Assembly (NCBI GenBank): GCA_937922235.1
Contig: CAKZVC010000033.1
Coordinates: 7,274 to 71,273 of the forward strand
Source: an uncultured Acidimicrobiales bacterium
GTDB taxonomy: Bacteria > Actinomycetota > Acidimicrobiia > Acidimicrobiales > SHLQ01
Direction of reading: 5' to 3'
DNA length: 64,000 bases
Shown: positions 10,899-19,614 of the stretch, piece after piece
How the letters are laid out: the number at the start of each line of letters is the position of its first letter
Numbering within the stretch: position 1 is the stretch's first letter
Program-made: the position numbers and the translations under genes
The notes under the pieces: generated by a model
The model's input: the letters and a program-made list of their open reading frames with translations, nothing else
Told to the model about the DNA's origin: nothing
The model's database searches: none

Positions 10899-11399
10899 AT
10901 GCGTGACCGTTACGAATCCCTCAAGCCCAACAACCTGGTGGCCTCGATGGCCTCGATGCCCAGGCGTTGGAAAGATGCCATTCGCGTTGACCCGCCGAAG
11001 GACATCGAGGACTTCTTCAACGTGTCGACCTCGAGCGGCAACCCCGCCGAGCTTGTTGGCAATGTTGTCGCCCAGCTCAAGATTCTCGAAGATGCGATTC
11101 GCACGACGAGCTACAACATTCCTGAGACCCTGCCGGTTGAAGCCATCGCTGCAGCCAAGAACCTGGGCTCGGGCCCCTGGCCGTCGAGCGCGGCAGACGC
11201 TCGCGACGAGCTGACGGCCGCGTTCAACGCCCTCGAAGAGCGCCTGCGGGGCCTGAACACCCACGACTGGGCGAAATCGGCAACCGTTGAAGGTGGGGGT
11301 GACTCACTATCGGTTCTGCAGCTCGCTCAAGGCGCAAGCCGAGTTGCTGCGACCGCGCTACCTCTCGTCGAGCGAGCAATCCGAGAAGCCGCCGACTAA
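10899..11399 (+). CDS. hypothetical helical protein (possibly DinB-like fold)
   Basis: Clean ORF with GC3-rich codons, divergent from pgsA; fold is a guess. Confidence 0.65.
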   Translation: MRDRYESLKPNNLVASMASMPRRWKDAIRVDPPKDIEDFFNVSTSSGNPAELVGNVVAQLKILEDAIRTTSYNIPETLPVEAIAAAKNLGSGPWPSSAADARDELTAAFNALEERLRGLNTHDWAKSATVEGGGDSLSVLQLAQGASRVAATALPLVERAIREAAD

Positions 11400-11407
11400 C
11401 CGCTCTC

Positions 11408-11458
11408 CAAAATTTCGTGGTTTCAACACATCCACGGTGCGCGAACCACGAAATTTTC
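11408..11458. terminator. bidirectional hairpin between convergent genes
   Basis: AAAATTTCGTGGTT ... AACCACGAAATTTT inverted repeat. Confidence 0.55.
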
Positions 11459-11460
11459 GG

Positions 11461-12018
11461 CTAGCTAGGCTCTAGGCCCTGACTCGCTGGCTCTAGGCCA
11501 GCCCAGTCTTCTGGGTTGTCTTCAGCAAAGACGTGGATGACTTCGGCATCTACGCCGTCGACCATTGCAAACCCACGCTGCTTCGGCGGCGACTCGTTCG
11601 AGTACATAAGGATCCGCCAGGTAGGACGGCTGCGCAGACCGCGCCAGGCCATCTGGGCGGAAGCATGCCCAACGGGGAACCCAACAGCCTTGGTGGCTTC
11701 GACCAACGCGTCTTGCTCATCGACGGCGAGGTCCCAGCCACCCTGCAGGTGATACAGACCAACAATGACCAGCGCGACCGCAGCGAGCGCTACGCCGCCA
11801 TTCATCAGCGGCGACGTGTCGCCTGTTCCGAGGAACCACAGCACGAGCAGCAGTCCGCCGATGGCGATGTACAAGATGCCGGGGATGCGGCGCTTGCTGT
11901 TGTTCGGAAACAGGTAGGGGCCAACGAAGTCGGCCGCGTTCAGATCGTCCGGAAGTTCGTCGACGTACTCGTCGTCGAGATCGATATCGGTGGGTTCGAC
12001 ACTCTCGTCACTGGCCAT
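11461..12018 (-). CDS. hypothetical membrane protein (2 TM, acidic N-terminus)
   Basis: VGPYLFPNNSKRR, two hydrophobic helices, WRGLRSRPTW. Confidence 0.75.
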   Translation of the reverse strand: MASDESVEPTDIDLDDEYVDELPDDLNAADFVGPYLFPNNSKRRIPGILYIAIGGLLLVLWFLGTGDTSPLMNGGVALAAVALVIVGLYHLQGGWDLAVDEQDALVEATKAVGFPVGHASAQMAWRGLRSRPTWRILMYSNESPPKQRGFAMVDGVDAEVIHVFAEDNPEDWAGLEPASQGLEPS

Positions 12019-12027
12019 GACGCCAGG

Positions 12028-12606
12028 TTATTGGGCAATCAGCGCTTCGACGTCTTCGCGCAGCGATCCGGAACGACGTTTTGACGTCCAGGTTCCGTCA
12101 TCATTGACGAACACGAACGTGCCTTGCGATCCGACGCCGAAACGTTCCCAGATGACGTCGCCATTTGTGAACGTCGGGAACGTGTTTGCACCCGTCGTAT
12201 CCAGGAAGCTGGCCTTCGACTCTTCGTCAGAGCTCAGTCCAGGCACGCCAATGAACTGGACTTGATCTCCAAACTCTCTCTCGACCTCCACGACCGTGGG
12301 GGCTTCGCCGCGTCAAGTAGGTCACCAGGGGGCCCAGAACCAAAAGACCACGTCTTTGTTCTGGGCGTCGGCGAGGTTAAAGCTCGGTCCGCCAAAGGTA
12401 TCGAACTCGCCCTCAAGAAAGGCGTTCGCTCCGGGAGCACCAGCCTGTGCTGACTCGACCGGAGCGGTTGATGCACCGTTGCCGCACGCCGTGGCGACGA
12501 GTCCAACAAGCGTGAGCAGAATCACCAAACGTCGGGCTAAGCCCAACTGTTGAGATGAAGCGCTCGAGCGCACGCCAGATTGCATAGAAGAAACGGTACT
12601 GCTCAC
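12028..12606 (-). CDS. TlpA/redoxin-family lipoprotein, probable selenoprotein with UxxU active site
   Basis: ORFs 12322..12606 and 12028..12291 are in frame and joined by TGG-TGA-CCT-ACT-TGA-CGC, giving FWAPW-U-P-T-U-RGEAP at the CxxC position; lipobox VATAC. Confidence 0.85.
12284..12303 (-). promoter_or_regulatory. bacterial SECIS-like hairpin
   Basis: GCC-C-CCAC-GGUC-GUGG-A-GGU; loop begins 17 nt after the second UGA and 26 nt after the first; GGUC loop like the E. coli fdhF SECIS. Confidence 0.75.
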
Positions 12607-12676
12607 AGAAGCTCTATCGGACGATCCCTGGCAATTCTCAACCTTTCCTCACCGTCTGTTCATACGAATAGACAGG

Positions 12677-13279
12677 TCAGGTCGGCCACGCCGACCGCAG
12701 GCGCGACCACGAGTCCGACAAGCTCTCGGGAAGGGCCCTGGCCTCGGCGATGCTCGTGAGAAAATTCGTGTCGCCCGACCAACGAGGCAGCACGTGGACA
12801 TGCATGTGGTCGGGAACTCCAGCACCAGAGGCTCGGCCAAGGTTCATGCCCATGTTGACGCCGTCAGGCTGGTACTCGGCCTTTACTGCAGTGATCCCCA
12901 TCCGGACGCCTTCCCACAGCTCCTGGAAGGTGGCGGGGTCGAGGTCTTCGATGTTCACGGCGGCCTTCTTTGGCAGCACCATCAGATGACCGGACGTGTA
13001 CGGGTAGGCGTTGAGCAGCGCGAAGCAGTGCTCGCCTCGCCAAAGGATGTAAGTAATCGAATCGTCCAAGCCGGATTGCTCGATTCCCTCAAACAGTGTC
13101 AGATTTTCGGCAAGGCCTTTCGATCGCTCGTCGTCCTCGGCGAGGATGTACGGGATTCGCCACCCCGCCCACAGGCGAGCCATCTGCTCCCGACCCGACA
13201 ACGTGTTGTTGAGCTGTTGGCTTCCTGTCGACGACGACGACGGATCTCCAGCGGAAGTCTGGAGCGAATCATCGCTCAC
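12677..13279 (-). CDS. HIT-family hydrolase (Ap4A phosphorylase-like)
   Basis: LNAYPYTSGHLMV, HMHVHVLPRWSGD; follows thrS as in other Actinobacteria. Confidence 0.92.
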   Translation of the reverse strand: MSDDSLQTSAGDPSSSSTGSQQLNNTLSGREQMARLWAGWRIPYILAEDDERSKGLAENLTLFEGIEQSGLDDSITYILWRGEHCFALLNAYPYTSGHLMVLPKKAAVNIEDLDPATFQELWEGVRMGITAVKAEYQPDGVNMGMNLGRASGAGVPDHMHVHVLPRWSGDTNFLTSIAEARALPESLSDSWSRLRSAWPT

Positions 13280-15240
13280 GCCTTGGTCTCGATCTCCTCG
13301 TTGAGCATCGCGATGAAGTCGTCCACCGGCACGTCACGGTCGACGTCCTGCACCCCCCGCTTGTTGACACCCAGCGTGCGGTTCTCAACGTCGTCATCGC
13401 CAACGACAAGTACGTATGGCGTCTTCTCGATCTTGGCGTTTCGCACGCGCTTGCCCAGCCCGTCGTTTGCGGGATCGACCGCAACGCGGAAGCCCTGTTC
13501 CTTGAACATGGCGTACAGCTCATCGACGTACCCGTCGTGAACCTCGGCCACGGGAAGGATCTTGATTTGGGTCGGCGCGAGCCATGCCGGGAAGTTGCCA
13601 GCGTAGTGCTCGATAAGGACACCAAAGAACCGTTCGATCGAACCCATGAGGGCCCGGTGGATCATGACTGGTTGCTTGCGCTCGCCATCAGCGGCGACGT
13701 ATTCAAGGTCGAAGCGATCGGGCAGGTTGAAATCGAGCTGGATCGTGGACAACTGCCACGCTCGGCCGATCGCGTCGCGCACGTCCACGTCGATCTTTGG
13801 TCCGTAGAACGCGCCGCCACCCTCATCGACGACGTAATCGAGCCCCTGCTTCTCCAACGCTGCCTTCAGGCCGGCGGTTGCGGACTCCCAGATCTCATCG
13901 TCGCCGACCGACTTCTCCTCAGGGCGAGTCGAGAGCTTTGCCTGGAAGTCCTCGAAGCCGAACGCCCGCAACACCGACAGCACGAAGTCGAGCAACGAGG
14001 CGAGCTCGTCTTCGATCATTTCGCGGGTGCAGAAGATGTGACTGTCGTCCTGGGTAAAGCCACGGCTTCGCATGAGTCCGTGCACGGCGCCAGACAATTC
14101 GTATCGGTAAACCGTGCCGAGCTCGAAGATCCGCATCGGCAGATCGCGGTACGAGCGCTGGTCGCTCTTGTAGACCATCACGTGAAACGGACAGTTCATT
14201 GGCTTCGGGTAGTAGGTGGCGCCGTCCATCTCCATGGGCGGATACATGCCGTCGGCGTAGAAGTCGAGGTGCCCGGAGGTCTCCCACAGCACCGACTTCG
14301 CAAGATGTGGGCTGTAGGCGAACTCGTAGCCGCCGTTCTCGTGCCGATCGCGGCTGTAGTCCTCCATCAGCTTGCGGATGACCGCACCCTTGGGGTGCCA
14401 CACGGCCAACCCCGGCCCGAGTTCATCGGGCCACGACACAAGGTCCATCTCGCGAGCGAGACGGCGATGATCTCGTTTCTCGGCCTCTTCGAGGCGATGC
14501 AAGTGCGCCTTCAGATCCTTCTTGTTCGCCCAGGCGGTGCCGTAGATTCGCTGCAGCATCGGGCGCTTCTCGTCACCACGCCAGTAGGCGCCGGCGACCT
14601 TCATCAGCTTGACGTGTTCGAGCTTGGACGTGCTTGGCACGTGCGGGCCTGTGCACATGTCGAGGAACGTGTCGGAGTTTCGGTAGTAGCTGACCGTGTC
14701 ACCACTCAACTCACCCGCATCCTCTGACGAAGCACCGCCGCTGCGCACGCCCTCGATGATCTCCAGCTTGTACGGCTCGTCCTTGAACAGTTCGAGCGCT
14801 TCTTCGATCGAGATCTCGTGGCGCTCGAACGGCTGGTCGGCCTTGACGAGCTCCTTCATCCGCTTCTCGATCGCTTCGAGATCGTCGTCGGAGAGGGTCT
14901 TGCCATCGGGCAAGTCGAAGTCGTAATAGAACCCGTGCTCGATGGGTGGACCGATCGCGAATCGGGCGCCCGGATGCAGATCGAGAATGGCCTGAGCCAT
15001 CAAGTGTGCGGCCGAATGGCGGATGGTGTGCAACCCGGCATCATCGCTGCCAGTTACCAAGGCAACCGTCGCACCGTCGGTCAACGGCACGTCGAGGTCG
15101 ACCTCGGTTCCGTCAACGACAGCGATCAACGCAGCTTTGGCAAGACCCGGCCCGATATCGGCAGCCAAGTCGGCGGCAGTAGACCCTGATGGAAGCTCTC
15201 GGCTTGATCCATCGGGCAACGACACAGTTACAGCACTCAT
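13276..15240 (-). CDS. thrS: threonine--tRNA ligase
   Basis: TGS domain, RHSAAHL, GAYWRGDE, KPMNCP, GAFYGPKID. Confidence 0.97.
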   Translation of the reverse strand: MSAVTVSLPDGSSRELPSGSTAADLAADIGPGLAKAALIAVVDGTEVDLDVPLTDGATVALVTGSDDAGLHTIRHSAAHLMAQAILDLHPGARFAIGPPIEHGFYYDFDLPDGKTLSDDDLEAIEKRMKELVKADQPFERHEISIEEALELFKDEPYKLEIIEGVRSGGASSEDAGELSGDTVSYYRNSDTFLDMCTGPHVPSTSKLEHVKLMKVAGAYWRGDEKRPMLQRIYGTAWANKKDLKAHLHRLEEAEKRDHRRLAREMDLVSWPDELGPGLAVWHPKGAVIRKLMEDYSRDRHENGGYEFAYSPHLAKSVLWETSGHLDFYADGMYPPMEMDGATYYPKPMNCPFHVMVYKSDQRSYRDLPMRIFELGTVYRYELSGAVHGLMRSRGFTQDDSHIFCTREMIEDELASLLDFVLSVLRAFGFEDFQAKLSTRPEEKSVGDDEIWESATAGLKAALEKQGLDYVVDEGGGAFYGPKIDVDVRDAIGRAWQLSTIQLDFNLPDRFDLEYVAADGERKQPVMIHRALMGSIERFFGVLIEHYAGNFPAWLAPTQIKILPVAEVHDGYVDELYAMFKEQGFRVAVDPANDGLGKRVRNAKIEKTPYVLVVGDDDVENRTLGVNKRGVQDVDRDVPVDDFIAMLNEEIETKA

Positions 15241-15338
15241 ATGTCAAGAAACACTACCGTCTTGCCGAGACACCTATTGGTGTTGGTTGAGGACACTCAA
15301 CTAGCCTGGCACCACGCGCGGCGTACGAAGGGAATTTC

Positions 15339-16379
15339 ATGAAGTTTACGACCCGGTCGCTTGCAGCAGCCTCCGCTGTAGCAATTGCCTCCAGCGTGCT
15401 CGCAGTAGCACCCGCAGCCGCACAGGAAACGTGTGGTGGCAAGGCCGCCACGATCTCCTCGGATGCTGCAGTTATTCGTGGAACCGAAGGCAACGACGTG
15501 ATCATCGCCGGCCCCGGAAACAACCGGATCGAAGCCCTCGGCGGGGACGACATCATCTGCGGCCGTGCAGGTGACGACGAGATCATCGCTGGCGACGGAA
15601 ACGACTTCATCCGCGCCGGCGGCGGCGCCGACACCGTGTTCGGTGGCGAAGGAGCCGACCGCATGTTCGGCGGTTGGGGCGGAGACACGCTCAATGGCGG
15701 ACCTGGCACCGACCGTCTCTGGGGCGAACAGAACCAAGACAAGCTCAATGGCGGTCCAGGCAACGACATCATCCGCGGCGGTTTCGCGATCGATGAGCTC
15801 AACGGCGGCGACGGCGACGACCTTATGGTCGCCGGATTCGGACGCGACATCCTCTTCGGCGGACCCGGAGACGATCGCATGTACGGCCAGGGCTATGCAG
15901 ACGTAATGGACGGTGGCCTCGGCGACGACTGGATGCACGGTGGCCCCGGTCCCGACGACATGCTCGGCGGCCTCGGACGCGACACCATGATCGGCGGACC
16001 CGACGACGACTTCATGCTCGGCGATGACCGCAAGCAATACCTCGAAGGCGGCACCACCATCACCCATCCAGGTGGCAACGACACCATGAACGGTGGCCCC
16101 GGCAACGATTACCTCGGCGGCGAAGGCGGCAACGACATTCTGCTCGGCAACCAGGGCCTCGACGTGGTCGACGGCTTCCACGGCAACGACCGGGTCGAAG
16201 GCAACCTCGCCAACGACCTCCTCAGCGGAGGCGCAGGCAACGATGTCGTCATCGGCGGCTCAGGCGCCGACCGATGCTGGCCAGAGTTCGTCGTCGTCAC
16301 CGCAGGCGTTGTGCCCCCAGCCAACGCCAACGACAGCACCAGCCAGTGCGAGCTCATCAACCCCGTCCTGCAGCGTTAA
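15339..16379 (+). CDS. secreted calcium-binding protein with hemolysin-type GGxGxD repeats
   Basis: Signal peptide ending AAA-Q, TCGG.. start, many GGxGxDxLx nonapeptides. Confidence 0.88.
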   Translation: MKFTTRSLAAASAVAIASSVLAVAPAAAQETCGGKAATISSDAAVIRGTEGNDVIIAGPGNNRIEALGGDDIICGRAGDDEIIAGDGNDFIRAGGGADTVFGGEGADRMFGGWGGDTLNGGPGTDRLWGEQNQDKLNGGPGNDIIRGGFAIDELNGGDGDDLMVAGFGRDILFGGPGDDRMYGQGYADVMDGGLGDDWMHGGPGPDDMLGGLGRDTMIGGPDDDFMLGDDRKQYLEGGTTITHPGGNDTMNGGPGNDYLGGEGGNDILLGNQGLDVVDGFHGNDRVEGNLANDLLSGGAGNDVVIGGSGADRCWPEFVVVTAGVVPPANANDSTSQCELINPVLQR

Positions 16380-16381
16380 CA

Positions 16382-16436
16382 CGCTCGGACTTCCGCCGAG
16401 AACCGCGGCAGCTGACATGGTCGCTACGCGAGCTCC
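16382..16436 (+). repeat. REP-like intergenic element, family A, copy 1
   Basis: CGCTCGGACTTCCGCCGAGA..CATGGTCGCTACGCGAGCTCC, near-identical to 31380-31434. Confidence 0.75.
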
Positions 16437-16518
16437 CCGCCGTTCGCTTCGCTCACTAACCGAGTTTGTTGCTGACGCCCCAAACATCGCACTGCTGCAA
16501 GCGAGATTTCGAACCTGG

Positions 16519-17634
16519 CTATAGAACTACACCAAGTAGTTCGGCGGCGTTGCTGCTGGGTTCGCCTTGGGCTACTGCGGCGTCGATCGCCGCTACCGCC
16601 GCAGGTACATCGAGGTCGTCGTCAAGCGCGGAGCGTACCGCGTCGACAGGACCGTCGCCCTTGCCTGCGGCGCGCCATTGATCGAGTCGTGACGTTGCCT
16701 CGGTAAGGAGCGAATCGTTCCACGACCACTCCGTGCTGCGATAGTGCTGCGAAAGCACGGCAAGGCGCACGGCCATCGGGTCGTAGCTCTCGAGCAGGTC
16801 GCGTACGAAGATCAGATTGCCGGTCGACTTACTCATCGGTTCGCCGTTCAGGTGCACGCACGACTGATGCATCCAGTGTCCGGTGGTTTCGATGCCGGCC
16901 CGGTCGAGCTGGGCGGCACAGAACTCGTGATGGGGATAGACAAGGTCGCAGCCGCCGCCATGCAGATCGACGCCGCCGAGCTCGCGAATCGACAGTGCGA
17001 CGCACTCGATGTGCCATCCCGGACGCCCACTCCCCCACGGCGCCTCCCACGACGGTTCGTCGTCCGCCGATGGCTGCCAAAGAACCGTGTCGAGCGGATG
17101 CCGCTTCCTGCTGTCGGTTGGATCCTCGCCCCGACGCTCGCCGATCGTTCGCATATCGACCCGGGTGTAGCCACTGATCTCGCCGAAACCCTCGGACGCC
17201 AAATGATCGAAGTAGACCCATCCGTCAACGTCGTACGCGTCGCTGTTCGCGAGCATCTTGGCGATCAGACCGCGAATGTCGGGAATTGCCGAGGTCGCCC
17301 GCGGTTCGCTCCACGGTTCGAGCACACCGAGGGCTTCGAGGTCGTCGTCGAACTGCCGCTTTTGTCCGAACGACAGGTCGAGGTAGTTGACCTGATCCCG
17401 CCGAGCTCTCTCGAGCAGATCGTTGTCGATGTCGGTGATGTTGCGCACCATGCGTACCTCGTGGCCGAGGTCAGCCAAGCGCCGGTGCAACACGTCATAG
17501 GTGACATAGGTAGCGGCGTGACCCATGTGGGTAGCGTCGTATGGGGTGATGCCGCAGATGTAAATTCGAGCGATTGGCCCGGGCGCGAACGGCCGAACCC
17601 TGCCAGAGGCGGTATCGAATAGCTGGAGCGACAT
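16519..17634 (-). CDS. mshC: L-cysteine:GlcN-Ins ligase (mycothiol synthesis), CysRS paralogue
   Basis: CGITPYDATHMGHA, GRPGWHIEC, PMSKS; lacks anticodon-binding domain. Confidence 0.85.
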   Translation of the reverse strand: MSLQLFDTASGRVRPFAPGPIARIYICGITPYDATHMGHAATYVTYDVLHRRLADLGHEVRMVRNITDIDNDLLERARRDQVNYLDLSFGQKRQFDDDLEALGVLEPWSEPRATSAIPDIRGLIAKMLANSDAYDVDGWVYFDHLASEGFGEISGYTRVDMRTIGERRGEDPTDSRKRHPLDTVLWQPSADDEPSWEAPWGSGRPGWHIECVALSIRELGGVDLHGGGCDLVYPHHEFCAAQLDRAGIETTGHWMHQSCVHLNGEPMSKSTGNLIFVRDLLESYDPMAVRLAVLSQHYRSTEWSWNDSLLTEATSRLDQWRAAGKGDGPVDAVRSALDDDLDVPAAVAAIDAAVAQGEPSSNAAELLGVVL

Positions 17635-17692
17635 ACCGCAACGTTAGCCGCCGGCCTGGACGGGCCGCGCTGAGTGTTGAAGACTCCCACCT

Positions 17693-18460
17693 ATGGGATT
17701 GCTCGAAGGCAAAAACGTTCTGATCACCGGTGTACTCACAGATGCCTCCTTGGCATTTGGGGTCGCTCAACTCGCACAGCGAGAGGGGGCGAATCTGATC
17801 CTCACGGGAGCCGGCCGAGGCTTGCGGCTCACCGAGAAAACCGCTCGCAAACTCGACACTGAGCCTGAGGTCCTCGAGTTCGATGTCACGAACCCCGATC
17901 ACGTTCCAGCGGTCCGCAACCACCTCGAGTCGACCTGGGGCCGCGTCGATGCAGCGCTTCATGCCATTGGCTTTGCGCCCGAGTCGTGCCTTGGCGATGA
18001 CTTCATGGCCGCCCCATGGGACGACGTGAAGGTCGCCTTGGAGATCTCGACGTACAGCTACAAGACCCTCGCTGAAGTCGTGTGTCCGCTTATGACCGGA
18101 GGCGGCTCCGTTGTCGGCCTCGACTTCGATGCGACCGTTGCATGGCCGGCGTACAACTGGATGGGCGTAGCAAAGGCCGCCCTCGAATCAGCGAACCGCT
18201 ATCTGGCCAGGACCCATGGCGAGAACAACATTCGCTTCAACCTCGTGGCCGCTGGCCCGATTCGCACGATCGCTGCGAAGTCGATTCCGGCGTTCGCCAA
18301 GTTCGAGGACGTCTGGGATGACAAGGCACCGCTTGGTTGGGATGTCCGCGACAGTTCGGCAGTTGCTCGTACCACAGTGGCGATGCTGAGCGACTGGCTT
18401 CCAGCGACCACCGGCTCGATGATCTATGCCGACGGTGGCTACAACGCGATGGGCGCCTAG
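17693..18460 (+). CDS. fabI: enoyl-ACP reductase (InhA/FabI type)
   Basis: ITGVLTDASLAF, HAIGFAP, YNWMGVAKAALES, AAGPIRT. Confidence 0.93.
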   Translation: MGLLEGKNVLITGVLTDASLAFGVAQLAQREGANLILTGAGRGLRLTEKTARKLDTEPEVLEFDVTNPDHVPAVRNHLESTWGRVDAALHAIGFAPESCLGDDFMAAPWDDVKVALEISTYSYKTLAEVVCPLMTGGGSVVGLDFDATVAWPAYNWMGVAKAALESANRYLARTHGENNIRFNLVAAGPIRTIAAKSIPAFAKFEDVWDDKAPLGWDVRDSSAVARTTVAMLSDWLPATTGSMIYADGGYNAMGA

Positions 18461-19315
18461 TTGAACAACGACCGACGGCTGCTCGTCGTTGGCGGCACCG
18501 GGTTTCTCGGCGGACGGCTGTGTCAACGCGCTGTTGCTGACGGCTGGGACGTGCATGCCACGCACCTCACCTCGGCAGTGGAGAACGACGGCTCGGTCGG
18601 GTGGCACCGCTGCGACATTACGGATGCCGATGCAGTCACATCGGTCATCTCCGAGCTTGTGCCGACTCACATCATCAACGCGGCGTACCGCCAGTCGGGC
18701 GACGCCGTCCACGCCATCTGTTGCGATGCTGCAGAGACGATGGCGCGTGCTGCCTCAGCGATCGATGCCAAGTTCGCGCACATCTCGACCGACTTGGTCT
18801 TCGATGGCAACCTCGGGCGACCGTACGTCGAGTCCGACCCGACGTCGCCACTCGGGTTGTACGGGGAGGCGAAGACGCTTGCCGAACAGCGCGTGGCGTC
18901 GGCACATGCGTCGGCATCGATCGTGCGGACCTCGCTCATCTACGGCGCCCCCGACGCGCCGCAAGAGCGCCTCACCCGCCGAGCCCATGATGAACGCGAG
19001 GCTGGCGGGATCGCGTTCTTCATCGATGAATGGCGCACACCTGTCCACGTTGAGGACCTTGCCGCTGGGGTCATGACTCTGCTCGACACCGAGCACTCTG
19101 GCCTCATCCACCTCGCTGGCGACGAACGTCTCAACCGCCTGGAGTTCGCACAGCTACTCGCCAACGGGTTAGGGCTCGACCCAACAACGCTCGTTGGCCG
19201 CACGCAAGACCCAACGCTCGGACCGCGAGCCAAAGACGTCAGCCTGAACACCGACCTCAGCCAAACACTCGGCATCGCCCTCCCCGGCCCAACCAAACGC
19301 CTGAGAGATTTGTGA
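18461..19315 (+). CDS. RmlD-like SDR oxidoreductase
   Basis: GGTGFLG, HISTDLVFDG, YGEAK, RTPVHVEDLA. Confidence 0.85.
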   Translation: MNNDRRLLVVGGTGFLGGRLCQRAVADGWDVHATHLTSAVENDGSVGWHRCDITDADAVTSVISELVPTHIINAAYRQSGDAVHAICCDAAETMARAASAIDAKFAHISTDLVFDGNLGRPYVESDPTSPLGLYGEAKTLAEQRVASAHASASIVRTSLIYGAPDAPQERLTRRAHDEREAGGIAFFIDEWRTPVHVEDLAAGVMTLLDTEHSGLIHLAGDERLNRLEFAQLLANGLGLDPTTLVGRTQDPTLGPRAKDVSLNTDLSQTLGIALPGPTKRLRDL

Positions 19316-19318
19316 CGA

Positions 19319-19343
19319 TTTTCTGACCGTTACGGTCGGTTTT
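19319..19343. repeat. REP-like hairpin core, family C, copy 1
   Basis: TTTTCTGACCGTTACGGTCGGTTTT, matches 37491-37515. Confidence 0.55.
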
Positions 19344-19437
19344 TCTGTACAAAAACCTCATCGTCCACGTCGACAGCTGACCTCGATGTGTCTACCGGTC
19401 TACTCAAGGGGCCCGATCGGCGCGACGATGACACGGT

Positions 19438-19614
19438 ATGGCCTCCAGCATTGCCGCGCTCCTCGTGAATAGCCCGACACCTGCTGCGCCCGCGCCCACC
19501 GCTCCCCCTGCTCCGGCGCCGTCCCCTGCTCCAACGCGCCCAATCGAGCCAGCTCCCTCGCCGTTCGATCCATCGTGGCCCGCCGACCGTCCGGCGCCGC
19601 CGCCCAAAGCATGA
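19438..19614 (+). CDS. 58-aa proline-rich peptide ending PAPPPKA
   Basis: Manual translation MASSIAALLVNSPTPAAPAPTAPPAPAPSPAPTRPIEPAPSPFDPSWPADRPAPPPKA*; ATGA overlap with the next gene. Confidence 0.65.
   Translation: MASSIAALLVNSPTPAAPAPTAPPAPAPSPAPTRPIEPAPSPFDPSWPADRPAPPPKA

Noticed and set aside
12028-12606. Redoxin as a nonsense pseudogene, or genome-wide UGA reassignment
   Set aside because: Both stops fall exactly on the two CxxC cysteines and are followed by a SECIS-like hairpin; many core genes here (fabH, thrS, ddl, nrdJ) end in TGA and Trp is TGG
15241-15338. T-box leader for thrS
   Set aside because: Gap is under 100 nt and no T-box motif was seen
15339-16379. RTX toxin
   Set aside because: Has a Sec signal and only calcium-binding repeats; no toxin domain or T1SS genes nearby
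16519-17634. Cysteinyl-tRNA synthetase
   Set aside because: Short, lacks the anticodon domain, and has the CGITPYDATHMGH motif of MshC
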